NCBI GenBank assembly: GCA_002308615.1
Contig: DBWC01000115.1
Location: forward strand, 12,017-58,581
Source: Clostridiales bacterium UBA1248
GTDB taxonomy: Bacteria; Bacillota; Clostridia; Oscillospirales; CAG-272
Reading direction: 5' to 3'
DNA: 46,565 bases
The notes under the pieces are model-generated. The model made no database searches and was not told the DNA's origin. It saw nothing but the letters and a program-made list of their open reading frames with translations. This document shows, one piece after another, positions 27,609 through 40,274 of the stretch; the first letter of the stretch is position 1, and every line of letters begins with the position of its first letter. A program made the translations under genes and the position numbers.

Positions 27609-28735
27609 AAAAAAATATAGAAGAAATTCTGCAAAACGCCGATCCGGCGGTCCTTGACGGGATGTTCGATACCATCAAAGCGGAAAAAATAGACGAAAAA
27701 AACATAAAAAATAAGGTTTTGGGTAAAAAGAGCAAAAAGAACACGGCGGTATGGAGGGTATTGACGATAGCGGCGTCGTTTGCGCTCATCGCGGCGGCGG
27801 GAGCGCTCGTGATCCCGCGTTTGGCGGGGCAAGGTACGGAGGATCCCGTCACAACGGTATCGACCGGAGACAAATCGAACGCGGCGGCAGTAATAAAGCC
27901 CGAAAAAGAATACGATTCCTCGCTTAACGCGCTTATAAGTCTTAAAGACTTTGACAGGATAATCTGGAGCGATGATACCGCGCCCGCGTATTTGCCGTCA
28001 AACTCCGAAATAACCGTATATAACGGCATAAGGGTCACAAAGGAATTGTACGAGCGGCTGCAGACGGCGAAGGACAACGATCTTTTCGCGGTAACGGCGA
28101 AGCGCAATATAGATATACCCGAAAAATTCGAGGATTTCGTTTACGAGGGGAAAACGGGTAAGGAATACCTTGACGAGCATAACAGAACGTACCCGATTTA
28201 CGGAGCGCTGCATCTGTTAGAGCAGAGCGCCGACGGAAACACAACGGCGTTTGAAAACTGGATAAGGGACAGTATAATAGAGGAGCAGGGCGAGGAATTC
28301 CTCTCAAAATACTACCGCGACGGCGTTTTTGATAAGGAGCGGATACGAAAGGACCTTGACGCGGCGCGCGACGCGTCGAACTTTGCGGCAAGAGCGTATG
28401 AGGAGGCTTTTAACGCTTACGCCGCAGCGTCATATCCGCGCATATACGCTTTCAGAGAATATAACGGTATAGAGATCTACAACGGATATCACGCGGAAAC
28501 GGATACTCATTATTATATAATGATCGTGACGAAATCACAGCTCGCGGCGCTCAAAGCCGATTACGACAAAGCGGATAAGCACGAGGTCGATTACGGATTT
28601 GATTTTGAAAACAGCTATTTCTCGCTTGTACCGTATTCCGAGGAGGACGTGCGGTACGCGCAGAACGGCTCGGATACGGAGCTGCCCGCCATCGCGTGCG
28701 AAGTGGAGCAGATACTCGAAACGATGGCGGAATAA
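27605..28735 (+). CDS. Putative anti-sigma factor (single TM, unknown extracellular domain)
   Basis: ATGA overlap with ECF-3; TM segment WRVLTIAASFALIAAAGALVI. Confidence 0.7.
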   Translation: MKKNIEEILQNADPAVLDGMFDTIKAEKIDEKNIKNKVLGKKSKKNTAVWRVLTIAASFALIAAAGALVIPRLAGQGTEDPVTTVSTGDKSNAAAVIKPEKEYDSSLNALISLKDFDRIIWSDDTAPAYLPSNSEITVYNGIRVTKELYERLQTAKDNDLFAVTAKRNIDIPEKFEDFVYEGKTGKEYLDEHNRTYPIYGALHLLEQSADGNTTAFENWIRDSIIEEQGEEFLSKYYRDGVFDKERIRKDLDAARDASNFAARAYEEAFNAYAAASYPRIYAFREYNGIEIYNGYHAETDTHYYIMIVTKSQLAALKADYDKADKHEVDYGFDFENSYFSLVPYSEEDVRYAQNGSDTELPAIACEVEQILETMAE

Positions 28736-28951
28736 CATAGAAAAAGGCTGATTTATCGCCTGAATCAACACAGGAATCAAACATCCTTTCACTTCATATG
28801 TAACAACAAAAGTTATAAATACGCAGAACGGAGAAACTATCAATAACGTAGTTTCTCCGTTCAGAGCCTTTTCAGTTTGCTCCCGCCGCTGACTCTCATT
28901 ATCCTTATGAGAATTAGCCTACGGTCGCTTTTTTTCTTTTGATATATATTA

Positions 28952-29356
28952 TCAATTAAATCCGTTTTCTTTAAGTATCGTATCGGCTTTTTTCGGATCG
29001 TCAACGCGTAAAACTACGCTTGCAAGATCCTTTGACTGCGGCGTTGAAAAACCGTAAACGTATTCAACGGATACACCGTTTAAGTAAAGCACCTTTAAAA
29101 CCTCGGTAAGACCGCCCGGCCTGTCCTCAAGATTTATGCATATAACGTCGCCGATCGATACCGTCATACGGTTGTTGCGCAGCTCGTCCGCGACCGTCTC
29201 CGCGTCGTCAACGATTATGCGCAAAATGCCGAAATCCGTCGCGTCCGCGATAGACAAAGCGTAAATGTTCACGCCCAGATCCGCTATCGTTTCGGTCACG
29301 TGCGCCAACTTGCCTGTTTTGTTTTCAACAAAGATAGATAACTGTTTTGTGATCAT
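28952..29356 (-). CDS. ACT-domain (amino acid-binding) protein
   Basis: QLSIFVENKTGKL, ADATDFGILRII and LEDRPGGL. Confidence 0.88.
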   Translation of the reverse strand: MITKQLSIFVENKTGKLAHVTETIADLGVNIYALSIADATDFGILRIIVDDAETVADELRNNRMTVSIGDVICINLEDRPGGLTEVLKVLYLNGVSVEYVYGFSTPQSKDLASVVLRVDDPKKADTILKENGFN

Positions 29357-29367
29357 AGCTTTTACCT

Positions 29368-30641
29368 CTATTTAACGTATTCGTATTCAAAGCCGTAAAG
29401 GCTTACTATGTCTCCGTCACAGACGCCCTGCGCCTCCATCTGATCGTATATGCCGTATTTGCGCAGCATTTTGTCAAAGTACGCCATAGACTCTCTGTCG
29501 TCAAAGTTTATCCTGCCCATGAGCTTATAAAGCCACGCGCCCTCCACGTTCCACACTCCGTCGTCCTTTGTGACCGTCACGGTCGGCGTTTCGTCCGGCT
29601 TTATGTCGTCTTCTTCCGTATATTCGGGCTCGTACACGGTGAGCGGCGGCAGCTTGTCAAGCTCCGCTTTTACAAATCTTATAAGCTCTTTTATGCCATC
29701 TCCGGTTGCGGCTGAAATATATAACAAAGATCTGCCCGTGCCTGAAACGTATTTTTCAAACGCTTCAACGTCCACTATGTCCTTGTCAAGCGCGTCGGTC
29801 TTGTTCGCAACGACTATCTGCGGGCGGGAGGCGAGCTCCGGAGAATACTTGTAAAGCTCCTCGTCTATCGCTTTTAAGTCGTCTATCACGTTTCTGCCCT
29901 CGGACTGCGATACGTCTACCAGATGTAAAAGCAGTCTGCAGCGGTCTATATGCCGCAGAAAATCGTGACCGAGACCCGCGCCGTCGGACGCGCCCTCAAT
30001 AAGCCCCGGTATGTCCGCGCAGACGAATGCGCTCTCGCCAACCGGCACCACGCCTAAATTCGGGGAGAGGGTGGTGAAGTGATAATCCGCTATCTTCGGC
30101 CTTGCCGCGGAGATCTGCGATAAAAGCGAGGATTTTCCGACGCTCGGCATACCGATAAGACCCACGTCCGCTATCATCTTAAGCTCGAGCACGACCTCTT
30201 TTTCCGGACCCTCTATACCGTTTTTCGCAAAGCGCGGTATTTGTCTTGTCGGAGTTGCAAAATGCTTGTTTCCCCAGCCGCCTTTTCCGCCGTACAGGCA
30301 TATAAAAGGCTGATCGTCCGACAGATCTTTTATGATCTTTCCCGTCGCCGCGTCGCGTATGACCGTGCCTTTGGGCACTTTAATTATAAGATCCGCGCCG
30401 TTTTTGCCGTGGAATTTCGATCCGGCGCCGTTTTCACCGTTTTCGGCTATATATTTTCTTTTGTACCTGAAATCTATCAGCGTGTCCTTGCCGACCTCGG
30501 CCAGGAATACTATGTTTCCGCCGCGGCCGCCGTCTCCGCCGTCCGGTCCGCCCTTTGCGACGTATTTTTCACGCCGGAAAGATACGCAGCCGTTGCCGCC
30601 GTTGCCGGCTTTGATATAAATTTTTACGATATCAGCAAACA

Positions 30642-30642
<1 letters not shown>
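29368..30642 (-). CDS. obgE: GTPase Obg/CgtA
   Basis: FRREKYVAKGGPDGGDGG, GMPSVGKS, ADIPGL, NKTD and a C-terminal OCT domain. Confidence 0.97.
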
Positions 30643-33468
<2,826 letters not shown>

Positions 33469-33557
33469 ATTTTTTCTCCTATTATCCCTATTTTATCATA
33501 TTATATAATAAAATTATGCAGAATTCAAGTAATATCAAAGAAAAATTGTAAAAACTC

Positions 33558-33608
33558 TTGACAAAAGAGGCACGGCGTGGTATCATTGTATTAATCAAAC
33601 AACACAAT
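33558..33608 (+). promoter_or_regulatory. Sigma-A promoter with adjacent candidate YtrA-type operator
   Basis: TTGACA-17 bp-TATCAT with TG extension, followed by an ATTGT...ACAAT inverted repeat (33585-33608). Confidence 0.6.
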
Positions 33609-33625
33609 ATAGGAGGTGTACCCGA

Positions 33626-33979
33626 ATGAATATAGCGGACAGCCGTCCGGTCTACGTTCAGCTTATAGACAGGATATATAAAATGGTCTTATCCGGTCAG
33701 TATCCGCCGGGCGCAAAGCTGCCGACCGTGCGGGAGCTTGCGGAGCAGATGCAGGCAAATCCGAACACGGTGCAGAAGGCGCTTTACTATCTTGAAGAGC
33801 GAAAGCTCATTTACACGCAGAGGACGACCGGCAAATTCATAACGGAGGATAAGGACATTATAGAACACGCGCGGGCATCGCTGGCGCGCGCATATACCGT
33901 TGAATTCTATCAAAAAATGTATATGATAGGCATAGATATGGCGGGCGTGAAAAAAATTATAAATGAACCGGAGGAATAA
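33626..33979 (+). CDS. GntR family regulator, YtrA subfamily
   Basis: PVYVQL and KLPTVRELAEQMQANPNTVQKA; short C-terminus; precedes an ABC ATPase. Confidence 0.93.
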   Translation: MNIADSRPVYVQLIDRIYKMVLSGQYPPGAKLPTVRELAEQMQANPNTVQKALYYLEERKLIYTQRTTGKFITEDKDIIEHARASLARAYTVEFYQKMYMIGIDMAGVKKIINEPEE

Positions 33980-33982
33980 GAC

Positions 33983-34678
33983 GTGTCTCTTATTGAATAC
34001 AGAAATCTGACAAAGAATTACAAAAACATTCCGGCTTTAAACGGCATAAATCTCGATATCCCCGCCGGACGTATAGTCGGACTGCTCGGACCTAACGGCT
34101 CCGGCAAAACGACGCTTATAAAGCTGACCGTAGGTCTGTTAACGCCGACGTCGGGCACGGTAACGGTGGACGGACGCGCTCCCGGACCGGAGACGAAGGC
34201 GATAGTCGCGTATCTGCCGGAGCGCTCTTATATGAGCGAATGGATGACCGTGTCGTCGTTTATATCGTATTTTGCGGATTTTTATTCTGATTTTGATAAA
34301 AACAAAGCGAATGAAATGCTGCAGAGGCTCGGTATAGACCCGAACAGAACGCTTAAAACGCTGTCAAAGGGCACAAAGGAAAAGGTGCAGCTCGTGCTCG
34401 TTATGAGCCGCGCCGCAAAGGTATATTTCTTAGACGAGCCGATAGCGGGCGTGGACCCGGCGGCAAGGGATTATATACTGGATACGATAATAAGGAATTA
34501 TTCGGAGCAGGCGTCCGTCGTCATCTCAACGCATTTGATATATGATATTGAAAACGTGCTTGACGACGCGATATTCATAAAGGACGGACGTGTGATCTTA
34601 GCGGATTCCGCGGACAGTATAAGAGAGCAGAGCGGCAAATCCGTCGATATGCTTTTCAGGGAGGTGTTCAGATGTTAG
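33983..34678 (+). CDS. ABC transporter ATP-binding protein (YtrB-like)
   Basis: Walker A GPNGSGKT, LSKG signature and Walker B FLDEP. Confidence 0.95.
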   Translation: MSLIEYRNLTKNYKNIPALNGINLDIPAGRIVGLLGPNGSGKTTLIKLTVGLLTPTSGTVTVDGRAPGPETKAIVAYLPERSYMSEWMTVSSFISYFADFYSDFDKNKANEMLQRLGIDPNRTLKTLSKGTKEKVQLVLVMSRAAKVYFLDEPIAGVDPAARDYILDTIIRNYSEQASVVISTHLIYDIENVLDDAIFIKDGRVILADSADSIREQSGKSVDMLFREVFRC

Positions 34679-35496
34679 GCAAGCTTATGAAATATGATAT
34701 GAAGTATATGGCGCGTATACTTCCGTGGCTTTATCTCGGCGCCGTTGGCATATCCGTTTTTCTGTGTATCGTAACGCTTGTTATTCCGTTTGATTTTCTT
34801 TCGGGATTTGAGCTTTTGATACAGTCCGGCAGTACCATGGCAGTACAGGCGCTTCTTATCATAACGGTCGTATTCATTGTTATCAGGATATACAGAAGTC
34901 TGCTTTCCGACGAGGCTTATCTGACGTTTACTTTGCCTGTAAAAAACAGCAAGATAATAGACTCAAAGATCTTTGCCGGAGCGATATGGTCGTTTATATC
35001 GATGGCGGTATCGTTTCTGGTCTATTTTATCCCTCAGATAGTACTGGATATAAGATACGGGATCGAGTATCCCGCGTCTGAAATTCCGGAAAGCGCTTCA
35101 AGCGTCGATCTTATCGGCTTGCTTAAGGAGCTGACGTTTGACGGACTGCTGTTTTTGAATGTTGTCGTGATCGCGTTTCTTATACCGTCGCTTTATACGT
35201 TCTGCGCATCGGTCGTCCATAAGGCGAAAAGAGGAAGAGCTTTTGCGTCTGTCGGTATGTTCATCGGTATCCTTTACGCGGTCATAATCGTAATAATTTC
35301 AATAATTTCTTTTATAATCATCTCTATGATGATCAGCTATACAACGCTTTTGATATCACCTGATTTACCCGAGGTATCGGTATTTGATTCGTATTTTTAT
35401 GCGCCTCTTATCCCTCTGGCGATAACCGTGCCGCTTACTCTTGTAAGCTGGCTCGTATCAAAAAGGATAGCGAATAAAAAGCTGAATTTGCTGTGA
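34672..35496 (+). CDS. ABC-2 type exporter permease
   Basis: MLGKLMKYD and AYLTFTLPVK; about 6 TM segments. Confidence 0.85.
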   Translation: MLGKLMKYDMKYMARILPWLYLGAVGISVFLCIVTLVIPFDFLSGFELLIQSGSTMAVQALLIITVVFIVIRIYRSLLSDEAYLTFTLPVKNSKIIDSKIFAGAIWSFISMAVSFLVYFIPQIVLDIRYGIEYPASEIPESASSVDLIGLLKELTFDGLLFLNVVVIAFLIPSLYTFCASVVHKAKRGRAFASVGMFIGILYAVIIVIISIISFIIISMMISYTTLLISPDLPEVSVFDSYFYAPLIPLAITVPLTLVSWLVSKRIANKKLNLL

Positions 35497-35497
35497 T

Positions 35498-35521
35498 GTA
35501 GGGGAGGGGTCACCCCTCCCG
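35498..35521 (+). repeat. GTAG-type REP palindrome
   Basis: GTAGGGGAGGGGTCACCCCTCCCG. Confidence 0.8.
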
Positions 35522-35585
35522 AGTGAATAATGAATAGTGAATAGGTAACGTGTCGCTGCGGGAACCCCTTCTTCGCGACGAAATT

Positions 35586-35674
35586 TGGGGGTTCCCACCC
35601 CTCAAGCTCGGCTTCGCCGAGAACCCCCAAACCCCCTGTCCCCTCCCACAATCTCAAAAGAGATTGAAGGGGCT
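35586..35674 (+). repeat. C-rich intergenic repeat, copy B
   Basis: Homologous to 2292-2376. Confidence 0.8.
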
Positions 35675-35685
35675 GCGCGTCTGTC

Positions 35686-35738
35686 GTAGTGGTCGGCGCC
35701 TCGACGACCCGATCGTAGGGGCGAGCATTGCTCGTCCG
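35686..35738 (+). repeat. Two tandem GTAG-type REPs
   Basis: GTAGTGGTCGGCGCCTCGACGACCCG (35686-35711) and GTAGGGGCGAGCATTGCTCGTCCG (35715-35738). Confidence 0.75.
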
Positions 35739-35858
35739 CCTCAAGTACGCAAAAGCGTCGCTGAAATCAACGAAAAAAATTTTTAAAAAACTGTAAGAAA
35801 ACAAAAAGAAAACCCGTCTAATAGAGTGAAAGAACTGCAGAATTCTTTTGGAGCCGAT

Positions 35859-36407
35859 ATGGATAAAGGTGCAATAAGCTACGAAAAATACAGAAACGGA
35901 GACGACGAAGGTTTTTACGAGATCGTCCGCGAATACTTCGACGGACTTGCCGCGTACATAAACGGCATAGTCGGTGACTTTTGCCGCGCGGAGGAGCTGG
36001 CGGACGACACGCTGCTCAAGCTCGCGTTGAAGCGCCCGGCGTTCGGCGGCAGATCCTCGTTTAAAACGTGGCTGTATTCTATAGGCAGAAACGTGGCTTA
36101 CGACAGCTTAAGAAAAAAAGCGCCGCCGCCTCATCTAAGTCTTGACGAGACAAACGAGACGGTGGACGGACCGGAGCAGGCGTACATAAAAGACGAAAGA
36201 AATAAAACCATCTATAAAGCGCTTGACGGTCTGAAGCCGGAATACAGAGAAGTTCTGTGGCTGACGTTTTTTGAAAACATGAGCGCGGAACAGGCGGCAA
36301 ACGTACTGCACAAGAGCAAGGCGGCGATCTACACGCTGTTGAACCGCGCGAAAAGCTCGCTCAAAGAAAAGCTTGAAAAGGAAGGGTTTGATTATGAGAT
36401 CGTATGA
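35859..36407 (+). CDS. ECF RNA polymerase sigma factor (ECF-4)
   Basis: RAEELADDT, SSFKTWLYSIGRN and a region 4 HTH. Confidence 0.93.
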   Translation: MDKGAISYEKYRNGDDEGFYEIVREYFDGLAAYINGIVGDFCRAEELADDTLLKLALKRPAFGGRSSFKTWLYSIGRNVAYDSLRKKAPPPHLSLDETNETVDGPEQAYIKDERNKTIYKALDGLKPEYREVLWLTFFENMSAEQAANVLHKSKAAIYTLLNRAKSSLKEKLEKEGFDYEIV

Positions 36408-37932
36408 TGAAAGAGCCAAAAACATCTTGGAAAAAAGAGATGAGGCAGAAAAAGCAAACGAAATAAAACGCAGAAAAGCCGCAAGGCTCGGCGTTATAGC
36501 GGCGGTACTCGTCCTCGCTATCGTAGGCGCGACGATATTCGCCGTGATCGCGAGCAAGGCGAAGAGCGACAACGTCGTACCGGGCAACGGCATACCCGCC
36601 GATACAGTCCCCGCCGGTACGTCGTCAAACGTGCCCGCGGATACAAAAGCGGAAACAAAGGAAGGCTATAATGACGGCGTTATAGGCGAAAACACGGGCG
36701 CCGCCGCGGGAGAGGTCATAGACGGTCTGTCTTATTCCGGCAGAGACGGTGTGATCAAAGGCGGCGCGGCTCCGACCGAAGCCTCACCGAGCGCGGAGCA
36801 CTATTATGACTCGGCTGCTGAGGCTGATTATGAGGGTGAATATATCGACGAAATTATCGATTATCCTGATTCAAACGGTATTGACGCAAAAGCCGGCACG
36901 CTTACCGCGGGCGAATGGAAAGACGCTGATAATATAGCCGACTGGCAGAAGCTTCTTTCCGGCACGGATTTCAGCTCATACGTCGGTTCAAGAAAACTCG
37001 ATACGACAAACGTCATAACCGTTAAAGTCGTTGACGGTGAGAACGCGTGCTGTAACGTGACCGTAAAGCTGCTTTCCGGTGAAGAAGTCATATATACCGC
37101 AAAGACCGATATAAACGGCAACGCGTATCTTTTCGGCAACATAACGGGTAACGAAAAAACAGCCGACGCCGTAGCGGTCGGTGAAGAGAAAATAGCTCTT
37201 GACGGCAAAACGGAGCTGACCGTAAACGCATCTGACGCGGGTATCAAGGTCACGGCTCTCGATCTTATGCTTATGATCGACACGACCGGCAGCATGGGCG
37301 ACGAGCTTGAATATATCAAAGCCGAATTATACGACGTGGTAGCGCGCGTGGCGGAAGCCGGACAGAACATTTCCATCCGCGTAAGCGTCAACTTCTACCG
37401 CGACGAAGGCGACGATTACGTAGTAAAATACTACGATTTCAGAGAAGACGTAAACGAATGTATAGAACAGCTTAAAGAACAGTATGCGAACGGCGGCGGA
37501 GATTATCCGGAAGCCGTGCACACCGCGCTCGACAACGCCGTGTCAGGTCATAACTGGCGTGAAGAAGCCGTAAAGCTTTGCTTCATCGTGCTTGACGCGC
37601 CGCCTCATTCCGAATCCGAGATACAGGGCATCAACGCCGAGCTTCTTAAAACCGTAAAAGCCGCCGCGGAGCAGGGTATAAGGATAATACCCGTGGCGTC
37701 CTCCGGTGTTGACGCGGAAACGGAATTCTTAATGAGAAGCTACGCCATAATGACCGGCGGTACGTACGTGTTCATCACGGACGACTCCGGCATAGGCGGC
37801 GGACATAAGGAAGCCGACGTCGGCGAGCATACGGTCGAATACTTAAACGAATGCATGATCCGTATAGCCTGCCAGTACTGCGGTATCTTTACGGGAGAAA
37901 TAATACCGTATACCCCGCCGTATCATCAATAA
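36394..37932 (+). CDS. Membrane-anchored von Willebrand factor A domain protein, putative anti-sigma factor
   Basis: N-terminal TM segment; MIDAS-like DTTGSM, GGGDYPEAV and LDAPPH; overlaps the ECF-4 stop. Confidence 0.82.
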   Translation: MRSYDERAKNILEKRDEAEKANEIKRRKAARLGVIAAVLVLAIVGATIFAVIASKAKSDNVVPGNGIPADTVPAGTSSNVPADTKAETKEGYNDGVIGENTGAAAGEVIDGLSYSGRDGVIKGGAAPTEASPSAEHYYDSAAEADYEGEYIDEIIDYPDSNGIDAKAGTLTAGEWKDADNIADWQKLLSGTDFSSYVGSRKLDTTNVITVKVVDGENACCNVTVKLLSGEEVIYTAKTDINGNAYLFGNITGNEKTADAVAVGEEKIALDGKTELTVNASDAGIKVTALDLMLMIDTTGSMGDELEYIKAELYDVVARVAEAGQNISIRVSVNFYRDEGDDYVVKYYDFREDVNECIEQLKEQYANGGGDYPEAVHTALDNAVSGHNWREEAVKLCFIVLDAPPHSESEIQGINAELLKTVKAAAEQGIRIIPVASSGVDAETEFLMRSYAIMTGGTYVFITDDSGIGGGHKEADVGEHTVEYLNECMIRIACQYCGIFTGEIIPYTPPYHQ

Positions 37933-37934
37933 TT

Positions 37935-37958
37935 GTAGGGGAGGGGTCTCCCCTCCCG
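37935..37958 (+). repeat. GTAG-type REP palindrome
   Basis: GTAGGGGAGGGGTCTCCCCTCCCG, 23/24 identical to 35498-35521. Confidence 0.8.
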
Positions 37959-37973
37959 AATCAAGAATTAAGA

Positions 37974-38001
37974 AAACAAGCCGGAATAATCCGGCTTGTT
38001 T
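37974..38001. terminator. Terminator-like hairpin
   Basis: AAACAAGCCGGA-ATAA-TCCGGCTTGTTT. Confidence 0.7.
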
Positions 38002-38013
38002 GATTTAAGACAA

Positions 38014-38126
38014 ACTCCCTCAGTCATACGGGAAAATCCCGTATGACAGCTCCCTCGGAGAGGGAGCCTTGATTTGCCTCCCTCTTTGAGGAAGGTGGCA
38101 CGACAGGATGTCGTGACGAAAGGAGT
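38014..38126. repeat. Inverted doublet of a second REP-like family
   Basis: 38014-38068 and the reverse complement of 38076-38126 share ACTCC..GTCA[hairpin]TG.CA.CT.CCTC..AGAGGGAG.C. Confidence 0.75.
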
Positions 38127-38134
38127 TTAATTAA

Positions 38135-38173
38135 GATAAAAACAAACCGGAGTAAATCCGGTTTGTTTTTATC
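38135..38173. terminator. Bidirectional terminator hairpin
   Basis: Perfect 17-bp stem GATAAAAACAAACCGGA/TCCGGTTTGTTTTTATC between convergent genes. Confidence 0.8.
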
Positions 38174-38229
38174 GGGAATTATATGTTTATACGTGAGGGA
38201 AAACCAATCCCCTGCAATGTATCAACCGA

Positions 38230-39405
38230 TCATGCTTTAGAGAAATCCGGGAAATCCACGGTGCGTCTTTCCCTGATGGAGATCGCGGAGAGGGGAGTTA
38301 CAGCCATCCAGCAAGCCGCGTCGACCGGCGTTATCGGGAAGTCCGTGCCGTTCAAGATACATTCCGCAAATTCGTTATACACGAGGTAATCCATGCCGCC
38401 GTGACCGCCGCGCACGCCGTCAGACAAGAATTTCTTCCATACCGGATGATCGTACTGCTCAAAATACGAATCGGCGTTGTGCCAGCGCTTAAGCGCCCAG
38501 TCAAAATGCATGGTCTCGTCGTGGTCGCGGTCGAGATATATGTAGTTTCCGTCCTCGCAGTACATACCGCGCGTGCCCTGTACGGTAAAGTTGCGGCTGT
38601 ACGGACGGGGCAGGGTAGTGTCGAGCGTGAGCGTTATAAGCTCGCCCCTCTGACATTCGATCACGGTTTTGACAATGTCGCCCTGCTTGAATTTGACGTT
38701 CAAAAGATCTCTGTTTACCGTTTCGTGCGTCACGGCGTAATCGTGCAGACCCGCGGATTTTGACGCAAAGCTCGTAAGCGTCAAAAATTTATTGCTTCTG
38801 TTTATGTCAAGCACCTGCGAAATAGGTCCTAAATCATGCGTCGGGTAATTTTCGCAGTTTCTGTTTATGTAGTTGTTCAATCTGTAATGGTGCTTTTCGC
38901 GGCCGTATAACACCTCTGTGCGCAGATCGTGCCTGTAACCGCCCTCACAGCTCACTATCTCACCGAAAAGTCCCTGCTTTACCATGTTCATAACGAGCAT
39001 CTCGTATCTGCCGTAGCAGCAGTTTTCAAGGAAGCAGAACGGTACTCCGGTCTCCTTCTGTACTTTTACGAGCTCATAGCAGTCTTCAACGGAATAAGCT
39101 CCGCCGACCTCGCAGCCCACGGGTATCCCGGCTCTCATAGCCGCAAACGCGATCTTCAAATGATCTTCCCAGCCGGTGATGATGATTATGGCGTCCGGCT
39201 TGTCTTCAATGACCTTTTGCCATTCGGTGTATCCGGCGGGCGCTTTGCCCGTTTTTTCGGATATGAGGTTCAATTCCCTCTGTACCCTCTCCTCTAAAAC
39301 GTCGCAAACGGAGACGATATTGATATTATCCATTGAGCAGAACAGCGGTGTCAGATCGTATCCTCTTTGACCGAGACCTATGATGCCTACGTTAAGTTTT
39401 TTCAT
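38230..39405 (-). CDS. Gfo/Idh/MocA-fold NAD-dependent glycoside hydrolase, GH109-like
   Basis: GIIGLGQRG, LENCCY, YPTHDLGP and GGHGGMD motifs characteristic of GH109. No signal peptide. Confidence 0.78.
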   Translation of the reverse strand: MKKLNVGIIGLGQRGYDLTPLFCSMDNINIVSVCDVLEERVQRELNLISEKTGKAPAGYTEWQKVIEDKPDAIIIITGWEDHLKIAFAAMRAGIPVGCEVGGAYSVEDCYELVKVQKETGVPFCFLENCCYGRYEMLVMNMVKQGLFGEIVSCEGGYRHDLRTEVLYGREKHHYRLNNYINRNCENYPTHDLGPISQVLDINRSNKFLTLTSFASKSAGLHDYAVTHETVNRDLLNVKFKQGDIVKTVIECQRGELITLTLDTTLPRPYSRNFTVQGTRGMYCEDGNYIYLDRDHDETMHFDWALKRWHNADSYFEQYDHPVWKKFLSDGVRGGHGGMDYLVYNEFAECILNGTDFPITPVDAACWMAVTPLSAISIRERRTVDFPDFSKA

Positions 39406-40274
39406 TTTTCCTCCAGTCTGACTTTGCCGGAAACACTTTCAAACGTTATGCTGCCGTCGCCGTCGCCAAATTTATATTTGTTTTCGCCTGTTTTTTCATA
39501 GCTTATACCGTCTGCTTCGAATTTTACCGATACGCCCGTGAGCGTAAGAGCAAAATCAAATTCCTTTAACGATAACTCCGCGTTTGCGGATACGCTCTGC
39601 ATATCGAGCTGATCGACCGATCTCGCCTCGACGTCAAGATTGCCGGATACCGCGTTCATATCGATCTTTTTCAGCACGTCGTCCGTTTTGATCTTAAGAT
39701 CGCCTGAGACTGTGTCGCATTTGATACCGTCGGTCACGCAGTCAACGAGCTTTATATCGGCGGAAACGCTGTTGAATTCAATCTTTTTTGCCTTTATATC
39801 CGCCATATATACGTCGGACGAAACGACGTCGGCTCTGACCTCCGAGAATTCCGTTCCCTTCGGAACGTATACCGTAAGATCCTTTTTAAGATCCTTTACG
39901 GCGCCGGTACGTACGCGCAGACCGGATTTGCAGAAACGTATAGTCAGCTTGCCGTTATCGGCCTTATAGCGCATTTTAAGGCTCTCTTGAAGCTCCTTGT
40001 TTTCCGTCGCCTCTCCGAGACTGTCTTTATCCGTGTCAAGGCTGGATACCTCGGAAAACGTTATTTTATCCGTATCCGATTCCTCTATCTTAACACTTCC
40101 GGATTCCCAGTAAACGCATATTTCCTTTATTTCGTCTGCGGAAACGGAGCCGCCGCCCGGTGTGTACGAGCCCGCGTCCGTATACGCTGCAAAATCCGTT
40201 ATAAGATCGCCGCAGGAGCATAAAGCCGCGGCCGTCAGCGTGATCAACAGCAACAAAACTACAAGCTTTTTCAT
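39402..40274 (-). CDS. DUF4097 beta-strand-repeat lipoprotein
   Basis: Lipobox ALCSC; repeated xVSGD/xVSAD/xVSGN units. Confidence 0.8.
   Translation of the reverse strand: MKKLVVLLLLITLTAAALCSCGDLITDFAAYTDAGSYTPGGGSVSADEIKEICVYWESGSVKIEESDTDKITFSEVSSLDTDKDSLGEATENKELQESLKMRYKADNGKLTIRFCKSGLRVRTGAVKDLKKDLTVYVPKGTEFSEVRADVVSSDVYMADIKAKKIEFNSVSADIKLVDCVTDGIKCDTVSGDLKIKTDDVLKKIDMNAVSGNLDVEARSVDQLDMQSVSANAELSLKEFDFALTLTGVSVKFEADGISYEKTGENKYKFGDGDGSITFESVSGKVRLEEK

Noticed and set aside
35522-35542. Three copies of a 7-mer (AGTGAAT AATGAAT AGTGAAT)
   Set aside because: Too short to interpret alone; treated as filler within the REP mosaic.
35397-35804. ORFs over the repeat-rich intergenic regions (also 2268-2489, 43337-43662, 45087-45502)
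   Set aside because: These are Pro/Gly/Arg-rich translations of palindromic repeats, not credible genes.
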